Origin: Gemmatimonadota bacterium
Lineage (GTDB): Bacteria > Gemmatimonadota > Gemmatimonadetes > Palauibacterales > Palauibacteraceae
Direction: 5' to 3'
Assembly (NCBI GenBank): GCA_046758745.1
Contig: JBHIAV010000006.1
Span: 1-64,000 of the forward strand
DNA: 64,000 nt
Shown here: positions 38,257 through 48,051 of the stretch, piece after piece
Numbering within the stretch: the first letter of the stretch is position 1
How the letters are laid out: each line of letters opens with the position of its first letter
The notes under the pieces: generated by a model
The model's input: only the letters and a program-made list of their open reading frames with translations
Told to the model about the DNA's origin: nothing
The model's database searches: none
Made by a program: the position numbers and the translations under genes

Positions 38257-40854
38257 ATGTCAGGGAATAGCGGCATCCAGACTCAGGTCGGACAGGACAC
38301 CGCGGCTGCGGCACGGACCGGCCGGCAGCGTGTCGCCCAGGGTGGGCTAACGTCTGGCGCCGCAGAGCTTTACTGCCACGTCGCGCTGCCGCGGCCCGTG
38401 CGGCAGACGTTCGCCTACCGGCTCCCGCCCGCCCTGGCCGCATCTGCCCGTCCCGGGATGCGCGTGGTCGTGCCGTTCGGCCACGGACGGCTCGTCGGAT
38501 GCATCGACCGCCTCGCGGATCGGCCGGGACGAGGGGAGACGCGGGACGTGCTGGATCTCCTGGACCCGGAGCCGATTCTCTCCGAGCCGCTGCTCGAGCT
38601 GTGCCGGTGGTTGGCCGACTACTACGTGGCTCCCCCCGGCATGGTCCTGCGGGCAGCTCTTCCCCCGGGCCTGTTCAGCGAGTCGGCGCTCCGAATCGAG
38701 CTGCTCGACCGGCCCGCCCGCCCGGAGAACCTCACGACGACCGAGGGCCGGATCCTCGAGCGTCTTGAGCGGGCCGCCGGCCCCCTGCGCGCTGCCACAC
38801 TCCGCCGGGAGCTCGGACTCACGGCGATCGGCCCGACGCTGCGCAAGATGGTGGAGCGCGGCCTCATCTCGGTCGACGAGGAGCCGCCCCAGCCCGAAGC
38901 CCGCCCGCTGCGACGACAGGTGGTGCGTCTCACCCGTTCCCTGCCGACCCTCCTGGCGCGTGAGAAGGCCTTCGGAAGGGCGAGGCGGCAGCGAGACGCA
39001 TACGAGACGCTGGAGGCCCTGGGTGGGGAATCCACCGTCTCGCACATGGAGCGGCAGCTCGGCTTCAGCCGAGCCGTGCTCGCTGGTCTGGTCGAGCGGG
39101 GGGTGGCGGAGCTCAGGGAAGAGACCGTGGGCCGCGACCCTTTCGCCGAAGGCGCGCCTTCGATGGAGCCGGGGCCGGCGCCGATCCCGACGCCACGACA
39201 GGCCGAGGTGACCCTCGCCCTGCGCGAACAGGCGGACTCGAGCGACCCTGGCGTGGCGCTGCTCAGAGGGGTTACGGGGTCGGGGAAGACCCTCGTTTAC
39301 CTGGAGCTGCTCGATGGCCTGCTGGAGTGCGGCCGCTCGGCGATCGTCCTCGTGCCGGAGATCTCGCTCACACCACAGACGGTGAGCCGATTCCGGGCTC
39401 GGTTCGGGGAGGCGGCCGCGCTCCTCCACTCCGGCCTCTCGGACGGCGAGCGGTACGATGAATGGAGGGCGTTGCGCTCGGGGCGAAAGCGGCTCGTCGT
39501 CGGAACGCGCTCCGCCGTCTTCGCGCCGGTCCGCGAGCTCGGCGCGATCATCCTCGACGAGGAGCACGACGGGAGCTACAAGCAGTCGGAGACCCCGCGC
39601 TACCACGCACGCGCGGTCGCGGCCATGCGGTGCCGCCTGGAAGGGGCGCTGTGTCTCCTCGGCTCGGCGACTCCATCGCTCGAGAGCTGGGCCCACTCGC
39701 TGGCCGGTCGCTACCGGCTGTACGAGCTGCCCGACCGCGTCACCGGCCAACCGTTGCCGCGGGTGGAGCTGGTGGACATGAGAGACGAGCGGGAGGCCCT
39801 CGCCGCCGGAGCGCCCGGCGGAGGAGTCACGGAGGGGGCGACCGCCTTCCCCGTCGTTCTCTCCGCACGTCTCCGGAGCGCCCTCGCCGCACGGCTGGCG
39901 CGAGGAGAGCAGACGATCCTCCTCCTCAACCGTCGCGGCTTTTCCACCTTTCTCCAGTGCCCGGCGTGCGGGAAGGTGTGGAGCTGCCGGAGGTGCAACG
40001 TGTCGCTCACGCACCACCGCCGGCCCCCGCGGCTCCTGTGCCACCACTGTGCCTTCGAGACGGCCGTTCCCGAGCGCTGCGACGAATGCGGCGCCGAGGA
40101 CGTCTCGTTCACCGGCCTCGGGACCGAGCAGGTGGAGGCGCGGATCGGCGAAGAGTTCCCCGACGCCCGCGTGGCGCGGATGGACGTGGACACGACGCGG
40201 CGCAAGGACTCGCACCGGATGATCCTGGAGCGGGTGCGGCAAGGAAAGATCGACATCCTTCTCGGCACCCAGATGATCGCGAAAGGCCTCGACTTCCCCG
40301 AGGTCACGCTGGTGGGCGTGATCAACGCGGACGTCGGCCTGAACCTGCCGGACTTTCGCGCCAGCGAGCGGACCTTCCAGCTCCTCGCTCAGGTGGCCGG
40401 GCGGGCGGGACGCGGGCGTGAGCCCGGCGAGGTGCTGGTGCAGACGTCCCGTCCCGGGCACGCGGCCCTGCGCACGGCCGCCGCGCAGGACTTCGTCGGT
40501 TTCGCCGAGCTCGAGCTCGCGGAGCGACGGGAGGCCGGCTATCCCCCTTACCGGCGGCTCGCCAACCTCGTGGTCAGCGGCAGGAGCGAAGAGGCGGTGG
40601 CGGAAGCGGCGCTGCGCGCCGCCGACTGGACACACGGGCTCATCGAGGACCGCCGGCTCGTGGGGATCGACCTGCTGGGCCCGGCGCCCTGCCCGATCGA
40701 CCGTCTGCGGGGCCGCTACCGGTGGCACTTCCTCCTCAAGGCCGACAGAGCGGCCGTTCTCGGCACGGTGCTCCGCTACCTCGCACGGGAGTTGGGGCGG
40801 CCGGTGGGCGGCCTGCGGCTCGAGATAGACCGAGATCCCGAAGCGCTGCTGTAG
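38257..40854 (+). CDS. priA: Primosomal protein N' (PriA helicase)
   Basis: GVTGSGKT, DEEH, SATPS, four CxxC pairs, GTQMIAKG and QVAGRAGR; exact start uncertain. Confidence 0.95.
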   Translation: MSGNSGIQTQVGQDTAAAARTGRQRVAQGGLTSGAAELYCHVALPRPVRQTFAYRLPPALAASARPGMRVVVPFGHGRLVGCIDRLADRPGRGETRDVLDLLDPEPILSEPLLELCRWLADYYVAPPGMVLRAALPPGLFSESALRIELLDRPARPENLTTTEGRILERLERAAGPLRAATLRRELGLTAIGPTLRKMVERGLISVDEEPPQPEARPLRRQVVRLTRSLPTLLAREKAFGRARRQRDAYETLEALGGESTVSHMERQLGFSRAVLAGLVERGVAELREETVGRDPFAEGAPSMEPGPAPIPTPRQAEVTLALREQADSSDPGVALLRGVTGSGKTLVYLELLDGLLECGRSAIVLVPEISLTPQTVSRFRARFGEAAALLHSGLSDGERYDEWRALRSGRKRLVVGTRSAVFAPVRELGAIILDEEHDGSYKQSETPRYHARAVAAMRCRLEGALCLLGSATPSLESWAHSLAGRYRLYELPDRVTGQPLPRVELVDMRDEREALAAGAPGGGVTEGATAFPVVLSARLRSALAARLARGEQTILLLNRRGFSTFLQCPACGKVWSCRRCNVSLTHHRRPPRLLCHHCAFETAVPERCDECGAEDVSFTGLGTEQVEARIGEEFPDARVARMDVDTTRRKDSHRMILERVRQGKIDILLGTQMIAKGLDFPEVTLVGVINADVGLNLPDFRASERTFQLLAQVAGRAGRGREPGEVLVQTSRPGHAALRTAAAQDFVGFAELELAERREAGYPPYRRLANLVVSGRSEEAVAEAALRAADWTHGLIEDRRLVGIDLLGPAPCPIDRLRGRYRWHFLLKADRAAVLGTVLRYLARELGRPVGGLRLEIDRDPEALL

Positions 40855-40890
40855 GCCGGGCGGTCCCCGGCCGCCCTCGAGGCGCTCCCG

Positions 40891-41919
40891 TCAAGCCGCT
40901 GGCAGCTCCACCCCGAGCCCCGGCCGGTCGTTAAGCACGATCCGACCGGCGGCGTCGATGCCGGGCCCGCGGAAAGGATCGTCCTTGAGCAGCGCAGCGC
41001 CATCCAGATCTACATAGTCCATGAGCGGAGCGAGGTGCGCCGCCGGTGCGATCCCCAAGGTGCTCTCGAGCATGCAACCCATCATGACTCGCAGGCCACA
41101 CGCCCGCGCCGTGTGGATCATGCGGAGCGCCTCCCTCGGTCCCCCACACTTAGCCAGCTTGATGTTGATCCCGTCCGTGAGGCCCACGAGCCGCGGGATG
41201 TCGCGCGCGACCATGCAGGACTCGTCGAGGATGATCGGCAGAGCCGACCGCTCACGCAGGAAGCGCAGCCCCTCCACGTCGTCCGGCGGGAGGGGTTGCT
41301 CCACGAACTCCACTTCGTAGTCGACCGCCATCGCGATGCGATCCACCGCCTGGCGCGGCGTCCACGCCGCGTTGGCATCCACTCGCAGCCTCTTCCCGGG
41401 CGCCGCGCCCCGAACGGCGGCCAACATCTCCTCATCCCGATCCGTACCCAATTTAATCTTCAGGATCGGGTAGCTGTCCGCCTCGCGAGCCTTGCGCGCC
41501 ATCGCCTCCGGTTCATCGATTCCAATGGTAAACGAGCTGAAGGGCGACTGCGCCGGATCGAGCCCCCACAGCCGCCATAGCGGCCGGCCGAGCCGCTTTC
41601 CCACGAGGTCATGAAGTGCCGCGGAGACCGCGGCGTGGGCGGAGCCGTTACCCCCGAGGGCGGACCGCAGCTCCCGCTCGAGCACGTCGAGCCCTTCCGG
41701 ATCGATCGCGCGCTCCACTACGGGCCGGAGTGTCTCCAGGGCCGCCTGCACGGTGGCCGCCGTCTCTCCGTAGTAGCCGGAAGGATCCGCCTCTCCCCAC
41801 CCCTCGATCCCGTCCGTCTCGATACGAACCCACACGAGCGTCTCCCGGGTCCGCGTCGAACGGCTGATCTCGAACGGATGCCTCGGCTCGACCTCGAACG
41901 TCTCCCACCGGATCTTCAC
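40891..41919 (-). CDS. Dipeptide epimerase (L-Ala-D/L-Glu epimerase, enolase superfamily)
   Basis: KIK, DAN, EQP, DES, INIKLAKCGG and DLD motifs; GTG overlaps the upstream stop. Confidence 0.9.
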   Translation of the reverse strand: MKIRWETFEVEPRHPFEISRSTRTRETLVWVRIETDGIEGWGEADPSGYYGETAATVQAALETLRPVVERAIDPEGLDVLERELRSALGGNGSAHAAVSAALHDLVGKRLGRPLWRLWGLDPAQSPFSSFTIGIDEPEAMARKAREADSYPILKIKLGTDRDEEMLAAVRGAAPGKRLRVDANAAWTPRQAVDRIAMAVDYEVEFVEQPLPPDDVEGLRFLRERSALPIILDESCMVARDIPRLVGLTDGINIKLAKCGGPREALRMIHTARACGLRVMMGCMLESTLGIAPAAHLAPLMDYVDLDGAALLKDDPFRGPGIDAAGRIVLNDRPGLGVELPAA

Positions 41920-42626
41920 ACCGAGTCTCCACCCAGCCCGACCAGCCGCACGAAGTCGTACGCCGCCCACGGCCCCGTGATGTCCATCTTCACCGCTTCG
42001 TCGCGCGATTCCCAATCGCCTACGTGCTCCACGAAGCGGATCCACTCGCTTCGCGAGATGAGGAAGGCCGCGCTGAGGAGCCGCGAGTCGGTCCCCTCGG
42101 CGAGGATCCGGGCGGCGCGGGCATGACGACGCAGGTCCTCGTATACATGGCGGGCCATCCCGCGCGTGGCCTCCGACGGCGAGTCCGACACCACGCAGGA
42201 GATATGCAGCCGCAGCTCGTAACAGTCCTCGAAGAAGTCGAGCGCCTCGAGTAATGGTACGCGCTGCGTCTCCAGGAAGCGCCGCACGGCCGCCTCGTCG
42301 CGTGCTCGGAGGCCGAATGGCGCCGGCACGACGCTGCTCCGGCGCAGGAGGTGCGCCACGATCTCCGCGTGAGCGCGCACGGCGGCCGGGTCCATTTCGG
42401 CCGTACCGAACTCGGTCTCGGTCACGGCCGCCGCCAGCTCGCCGGCCTCCACGAGCCGGAAATGCCGGGAAGGCTGACGCAGGCGGATCGCGTCGAGCGC
42501 CTTGTCGGTCCGTCGGTTGCGCACCACCGCATGGACCGCCAGGCCTGCCGGGCGCTCGGCGCTCACAACGTCCGCATCCCTCGCGTCTCGCCCGTCCGCC
42601 TCCGTCCCCGCGCGTGCCTCACTCAT
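41916..42626 (-). CDS. GvpL/GvpF family protein (orphan)
   Basis: AHAEIV...VVPAPFG, AAFLI and ITGPWAAYDFV family-type motifs. Confidence 0.8.
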   Translation of the reverse strand: MSEARAGTEADGRDARDADVVSAERPAGLAVHAVVRNRRTDKALDAIRLRQPSRHFRLVEAGELAAAVTETEFGTAEMDPAAVRAHAEIVAHLLRRSSVVPAPFGLRARDEAAVRRFLETQRVPLLEALDFFEDCYELRLHISCVVSDSPSEATRGMARHVYEDLRRHARAARILAEGTDSRLLSAAFLISRSEWIRFVEHVGDWESRDEAVKMDITGPWAAYDFVRLVGLGGDSV

Positions 42627-43815
42627 CGACGAGCCATGGCTCCCGTTGGACGGAGGGGGTTGTAACTTCGGGGCCGTTCGCGCTCAGGTAGACGTTGATC
42701 TCCGAGCGAACTCCGAATCGACCATCCAGGTACACACCGGGCTCCACCGAGAAGCCGATGCCTCGTACGAGACGTCTATCCTCCCGCGTCTCCACACAGT
42801 CGAGGTTGGGGCCGAAACCGTGGTTCACACGATCCATGCCGTGCCCGGTGCGGTGCAGAATGTGTTCCCCATACCCGTGATCGGCGAGGATCTCGCGCGC
42901 CCGTCGGTCCACCTCCGCGCCCGTCGGGCCGGTCTGGCCGTCATACCGATCCGCGATGAACTCCACCGCTCCATCCCGGGCGCCCCGCACCGCTTCCCAG
43001 ACCTCGAGGAAGGAGTCGGGCGTCTCCGCGCCGAGCACGCACATCCACGTCTGGTCCGCAAAAACCGCTTCGGGCAGGCCATCCGTGCGGCCCCACACGT
43101 CGATGAGGAGCACGGCTCCAGGGCGCAGGGCGGCGGAGCCGCCGGCCGGCGGCGCGTAGTGCGGCACCGCCGAGTTGGCTCCGGCGGCCACGATCACCCC
43201 CCCACCCGTCAGCCCGCGGCCTGTCATCTCCGCCTCGATCCAAGCGGAGAGGTCGTGCTCCGTCATGCGCTCTCCGTTCTTCACCGCCACCGCCGCACGA
43301 AGAAACGCGGAGCGGGCCGTCTCCGCCAGCACGGCACCGGCCTCCCTGTTGAGCCGGACCCCCTCCTCGCCCCATTGCGCATACGTGCGGGAGAGGAGAT
43401 CGCCGGAGCTGACCACCCTCGCCCCGACGGCGGTGACCAGCTCGACCACGCCGGCCGGCACGTTGTCGACGAACGGGACCGCGTCTCGCTCGGACACCTC
43501 CATCGCCACCGACGCGCAGCCGGCCAGTGCGCCCCGCAGCAGCGCTTCCAGCTCCTCCCACCCGACGTACGGGAGCAGCTCACCCTCCCACTCCTCCCAG
43601 TGCTGCAGCTCGATCCGGTGCGCCAGCGCCATCGGACGGTGGCCGGGTCGGATCAGCACGAACCAGCGGCGCGAGATCCCCTCCGGCAGACCGACGAGCT
43701 CGGCGGCCACGCGGTTGCGCGCCTCCAAGTCATACAGGAGCCAGCCGCCGATGCCGGCCCGCTCGAGCTCACGCTCCGCCCCGCTCAGAAAAGCCGCGTC
43801 GAGTTTGGCCTTCAC
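42619..43815 (-). CDS. M24 metallopeptidase (Xaa-Pro aminopeptidase-like)
   Basis: PHY, IDVW, ADQT, HRTGH, SVEPGVY and RSE metal-ligand motifs. Confidence 0.9.
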   Translation of the reverse strand: MKAKLDAAFLSGAERELERAGIGGWLLYDLEARNRVAAELVGLPEGISRRWFVLIRPGHRPMALAHRIELQHWEEWEGELLPYVGWEELEALLRGALAGCASVAMEVSERDAVPFVDNVPAGVVELVTAVGARVVSSGDLLSRTYAQWGEEGVRLNREAGAVLAETARSAFLRAAVAVKNGERMTEHDLSAWIEAEMTGRGLTGGGVIVAAGANSAVPHYAPPAGGSAALRPGAVLLIDVWGRTDGLPEAVFADQTWMCVLGAETPDSFLEVWEAVRGARDGAVEFIADRYDGQTGPTGAEVDRRAREILADHGYGEHILHRTGHGMDRVNHGFGPNLDCVETREDRRLVRGIGFSVEPGVYLDGRFGVRSEINVYLSANGPEVTTPSVQREPWLVDE

Positions 43816-44815
43816 CCCTCTTCCTCTCACTCTGGTCGTCCCCGGCCGCTTCCGCGAGACCGCGTAGGTGCGCGACGACATTGCGGCCGAGCTCAGGTGG
43901 ATTGTAACCGCCCTCCAGCAGCGAAACGATACGCCCACCCGTGGTCCGGCGGGTCCGCCGCACCACCTCCAGGGTCAGGTGCCGGAAGTGCGACGCCTCC
44001 AGCGTGAACCCGCCGAGCGGGTCGTCCGCGGCCGCGTCGAAGCCGGCAGAGACGAGCACGAGGTCCGGCGCGAAGGAGCCGGCCGCTTCGTCGACGGCTT
44101 CCAGGAGGGCCCCGACGTACCGCTCCGGCGGAAGTCCGGGAGGCAGAGGGAGGTTCAGCGTCGTTCCCCAACCCTCGCCGCCGCCGCGCTCTTCCTCCAT
44201 CCCGGTGCCGGGATAGAAGGGATGCTGGTGCATCGATAGGTAGTAGACGCTCGGGTCCTCGTAGAAGATCTCCTGCGTTCCGTTCCCGTGGTGCACGTCC
44301 CAGTCAACGATCAGCACCCGCGTCGCGAGCCCCCTCACGATGGCATCTCGGGCCGCCACTGCCGCGCTGTTCACCACGCAGAAGCCCATGGCGCGATCGC
44401 GCGTGGCATGGTGGCCGGGCGGCCGCACCGCACAGAAGGCGGCGGTCAACCGGCCCGCGCACACGGCCTGCACCGCATCAACGACGCAGCCGGCCGCCGC
44501 GAGCGCCGCGTCCCACGAGGCAGCCGACACGACTGTGTCCGGATCCAGTCGGAGCACCGCATCCTCGCGCCGCGCGCGCTCGACCGTTGCCCGCACCCGT
44601 TCCAGGTAATCGCCGTCGTGCACCGTCGCGAGGACGGCAGGAGCGATCGGCCGGCCCTGCACGGGCTGCACCGCTTCCGCCAGCTCCGGGAGAGCCGCCT
44701 CCACGGCCTGCATCACGGCGCGCAGCCGCCCCTGATGCTCCGGATGTCCCCACCCCGTGTCGTGCAGGCTGCAGCTCTCGTGGGTGTAAAGGCCGATCCT
44801 CGGCACCTGACTCAC
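43769..44815 (-). CDS. Histone deacetylase-family amidohydrolase
   Basis: HPE, RPPGHHA, GFC, DWDVHHGNGTQ, SAGFD and LEGGY motifs. Confidence 0.93.
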   Translation of the reverse strand: MSQVPRIGLYTHESCSLHDTGWGHPEHQGRLRAVMQAVEAALPELAEAVQPVQGRPIAPAVLATVHDGDYLERVRATVERARREDAVLRLDPDTVVSAASWDAALAAAGCVVDAVQAVCAGRLTAAFCAVRPPGHHATRDRAMGFCVVNSAAVAARDAIVRGLATRVLIVDWDVHHGNGTQEIFYEDPSVYYLSMHQHPFYPGTGMEEERGGGEGWGTTLNLPLPPGLPPERYVGALLEAVDEAAGSFAPDLVLVSAGFDAAADDPLGGFTLEASHFRHLTLEVVRRTRRTTGGRIVSLLEGGYNPPELGRNVVAHLRGLAEAAGDDQSERKRGEGQTRRGFSERGGA

Positions 44816-45000
44816 CTCCGATCTGCTGGAGAAGGCGGCGGCGGCGAGCGCGAAGACCGCGGTTGATCCGCTGCGGGCGGGCTCCTAGCTTCCCCGTGGG
44901 TCGCTCCCCCCGGAGAACAGGAAGGCACAATCTACATCGCGAACCCGCTCGGTCCACGGCCGGCCATCCGCGCCGGCGGCTGCGCCACTCGCGGGAGTAA

Positions 45001-46014
45001 ATGAGGCTCGGCCGCGCGCTCCTGCCGGCCTGTGCAGCAGCGTCGCTCCTCAGCGCCGCGTGCAAGGTCGAGTTCGGTGGCGCGAGCTTCGCCCTCGAGA
45101 ACCCGGCGCCGCCACCGGCGCCGACTCCCGAGGCCCCTGCCGAGGACACGGCCGCCGCGCCGATTCCACTCCCCGAAGGCCCGCTGCTGTACGTCGCGCG
45201 ATTCGCGACGGCCGGCGATCGCGCGCTGGTGCTGCCGATCGTGCGCGTGACGACCGATGGGATCGCCGACCTGGAGCTTCCCGGCGCCCTCCCGGCCGAC
45301 TTCCGGGCGCGCTTCGACTCGGCCTTCCTCCGCCCGGGGGCCGAGCTGGCCCTTCATGCCGGCGGAGAGCGGATCGGCTCGCTCGTCCTCGCCGAACGCC
45401 GGATCATCCTGGGGGACGGCTGCCCGTCCGCAGCGGAAGCCCATGTCCTCGTGCCTCCCGGGGGACGCGCTCCGAGCTTCGGACTCGCCGTTCCCCTGGA
45501 CGTTGCCGCCGCGCCGCCGGTCCGCTTCGCACCGAGCGAGCCGGACAGGCGAATGCTCAGGTATGCCCCCATCCTCGCGGAGAGACTGCTCCGCGAGGCG
45601 GGCGAGCGGAGGCCCTTCCTGGCGCGCAGGGTCCGGCTCGCTACCGTGCGCTTCCAGAGAGACGAAGCGCCCGGGATCGCCGCCACCTACCTGATCGGAG
45701 ACACGCTTGCCCCCGTGGCGCCCGCCGGCGAGGCGGTGTCGCTCTTCTACCTCGCTCGCTTCGAGCCGGCACGCGGCTACGTGCCGGCATGGTCGATCGT
45801 GCGACGTTACACCTCACCCGCCGAAAAAGAGGCCTATGCCTTCCTCGACTGGGTCGCGCTGCCGTCAGGTCGCATCGACTTCCTCACGCTGTTCAATGGC
45901 GCGGCGCGGCGGCTGGCGGCGAGCGCGGCATCGGTGGGGGAGCGGCGGATCGACTGGAGGGAGCCTGCCGGATGCCCGTCCCCGCAGCTGATGAAGGGAG
46001 CGCTGGGGGGATAG
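45001..46014 (+). CDS. Hypothetical lipoprotein
   Basis: Lipobox LSAAC followed by a Pro-rich linker; GGAG RBS. Confidence 0.7.
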   Translation: MRLGRALLPACAAASLLSAACKVEFGGASFALENPAPPPAPTPEAPAEDTAAAPIPLPEGPLLYVARFATAGDRALVLPIVRVTTDGIADLELPGALPADFRARFDSAFLRPGAELALHAGGERIGSLVLAERRIILGDGCPSAAEAHVLVPPGGRAPSFGLAVPLDVAAAPPVRFAPSEPDRRMLRYAPILAERLLREAGERRPFLARRVRLATVRFQRDEAPGIAATYLIGDTLAPVAPAGEAVSLFYLARFEPARGYVPAWSIVRRYTSPAEKEAYAFLDWVALPSGRIDFLTLFNGAARRLAASAASVGERRIDWREPAGCPSPQLMKGALGG

Positions 46015-46038
46015 ACGGCGGGTCGACCCTGCGGCGAG

Positions 46039-46929
46039 TCAGGCGGCGGCGAAGCTCCGCAGCACGCTACCCATCGGTCCTCGACGGAGCTCGCTGAGCG
46101 CCCGGTCGCGCAGCTGGCGAACGCGCTCGCGCGTCACGCCGAGCAGCTGTCCGATCTCCTCGAGCGTGTGCTCGTCCTCGCCCTGCAAGCCGTAGTACAG
46201 ACGGATCACCCGCGCGTCCCGCGGTCGAAGCTCCTGCAGGGCGCGAGCGACGTGATCCTGAAGGAGTCGGGCTTCGAGCGATTCTTCGACGCTCGTCTCG
46301 TCGACCAGGAATCGCTGGTGCAGCTCGTTGTCATCCGTACCGCCGACCGGCGCATCGAGCCGCACCTCGGCCACATTGAGGGCGAGGAGCATCTCGACCG
46401 TGAGCACATCCAGTCCAGACACCTCCGCCATCTCGCGCGGCGTGGGATCCCGGCGCAGCGATTGCTTGAGTTCCTCGCGCACGCGCAGCACGCGCCCCAG
46501 CTCGGTAGCCCGATTGAGGGGAAGGCGTACCGACCGCCCCTGCTTCGCAAGCGCAGCGAGAATCGCTTGCCGTATCCACCATACGGCGTAGCTGATGAAC
46601 TTCACGCCCTGATCCGGATCGAATTTCTGCGCCGCGGTTACGAGGCCTACGTTCCCCTCCTGGATGAGGTCGGCGAACGCCATCCCGCGATTCTGATATC
46701 TCTTGGCGACCGAGATGACGAAGCGGAGGTTCGAGCGGACGAGTGTCTCCAGCGCCTTCCCATCGCCCGACCGGGCGAGGCGCGCGATGCGATCTTCCTG
46801 GTCGGGATCCAGGAGGGGATAGCGGCTCAGGTCATCGAGATACAGGTCTATAGCGCTCGGGCTGTCCTGCACGAGCGCCGGGGTCCGGCTTCCTCTACCA
46901 TCAAGCGGCATTGTGGACGCGGAACTCAC
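46039..46929 (-). CDS. RNA polymerase sigma-70 factor, RpoD/RpoS family, lacking region 1.1
   Basis: NLRFVISVAKRY, DLIQEGN, KFISYAVWWIRQAI and TLEEIG...TRERVRQ motifs. Confidence 0.92.
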   Translation of the reverse strand: MSSASTMPLDGRGSRTPALVQDSPSAIDLYLDDLSRYPLLDPDQEDRIARLARSGDGKALETLVRSNLRFVISVAKRYQNRGMAFADLIQEGNVGLVTAAQKFDPDQGVKFISYAVWWIRQAILAALAKQGRSVRLPLNRATELGRVLRVREELKQSLRRDPTPREMAEVSGLDVLTVEMLLALNVAEVRLDAPVGGTDDNELHQRFLVDETSVEESLEARLLQDHVARALQELRPRDARVIRLYYGLQGEDEHTLEEIGQLLGVTRERVRQLRDRALSELRRGPMGSVLRSFAAA

Positions 46930-47003
46930 TTCCGAACCAGGTGTCGCCGTCCGGTCGCGCCTCCCGCCGGTCCCCGAGCACGGTCGCCGGACGCCGCTGC
47001 GCG

Positions 47004-47032
47004 ATAATAGGACCCGCTTCGGAACGCGTCAA
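47004..47032 (-). promoter_or_regulatory. Putative sigma-70 promoter of the sigma factor gene
   Basis: TTGACG-N17-TATTAT on the minus strand. Confidence 0.65.
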
Positions 47033-47282
47033 TGAGTTTCGTCGACCGATTATCGTTATCCGCTCGCGCCCATCTCTCCGTGGGCTCCGACGGTTGTGCC
47101 GACCAGCTCCCGGCCCTCGAGCCTGTCTTGCCCGTGGCCGGATTCCGGCGGGCCTGACGGTCACAGCGGGGCCGCCGAACGGCTTGTCGGCCGGGCTCTT
47201 CACGGGTAGATAACGTCGGTCGACGCGGTTCCCCGTCCGCGCGGCGTCGAGAGGGACCTCGCCGGGCCAGACCGAGGAGGAG

Positions 47283-48032
47283 ATGGGGAAGATTCGTTGG
47301 ACCCACGCCGCACTCAGCGACGTCGGGCGACTGCGCAGCGGAAACGAAGATGCCGTTTTCGCCGAACCGAAGGCCGGCGTGTTCGTGGTCGCCGACGGCA
47401 TGGGCGGACACGCGGCGGGAGAGGTGGCGAGTGCCATCGCCACCCGAGCCATAGGCGCTCGCCTTTGCTCGCTCTCCGCGACCTGCTCCCTTCAACAGGC
47501 CCGCGGATCCATACATGAGGCGTTCGTGGATGCCGGGGACCAGATCGTTCAAGAAGCGCGCGAGAACCCGGCCCACGAGGGCATGGGAACGACCGCCACC
47601 GTTCTCGTGCTCGGACCCGAGGACCGGTACGTGGTGGGACACATAGGGGACAGCCGGGGCTATCTGTTCCGGGATGGAGAGCTGCGCCAGATCACCCGCG
47701 ACCACTCGTGGGTCCAGGAGCAGGTGGACCGCGGCGCGATCAGCCGTGAGCAGGCGCGTTTCCATCCGCAGTCGAACATCATAACGAGAGCGCTCGGCAC
47801 CGCAGAGATCCCGTGGCCGGACGTGTACGACGGCCAAGCCAAGCCCGGCGACATCTTCCTGGTGGCGAGCGACGGCCTCACCGACATGCTTCCGGAGGAG
47901 CGTATCGCGGAGATCCTGCGCTCCGGCCGGACACCGAAGGAGATGGCGGTGAAGCTGGTGGACGAAGCCAACCTGGCCGGCGGTATCGACAACATCACCG
48001 TTCTCGTGGTGGCCGTCGAAGAGGCCTCGTAG
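47283..48032 (+). CDS. PP2C-family Ser/Thr protein phosphatase (Stp1-like)
   Basis: NED, VADGMGGH, GMGTT, HIGDSR, SDGL and GGIDNIT motifs. Confidence 0.93.
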   Translation: MGKIRWTHAALSDVGRLRSGNEDAVFAEPKAGVFVVADGMGGHAAGEVASAIATRAIGARLCSLSATCSLQQARGSIHEAFVDAGDQIVQEARENPAHEGMGTTATVLVLGPEDRYVVGHIGDSRGYLFRDGELRQITRDHSWVQEQVDRGAISREQARFHPQSNIITRALGTAEIPWPDVYDGQAKPGDIFLVASDGLTDMLPEERIAEILRSGRTPKEMAVKLVDEANLAGGIDNITVLVVAVEEAS

Positions 48033-48051
48033 GGCGGCCTGGCCCACCATC

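Noticed and set aside
38221..38370. Non-canonical start for priA
   Set aside because: An in-frame ATG exists at 38257, so no unusual start is required
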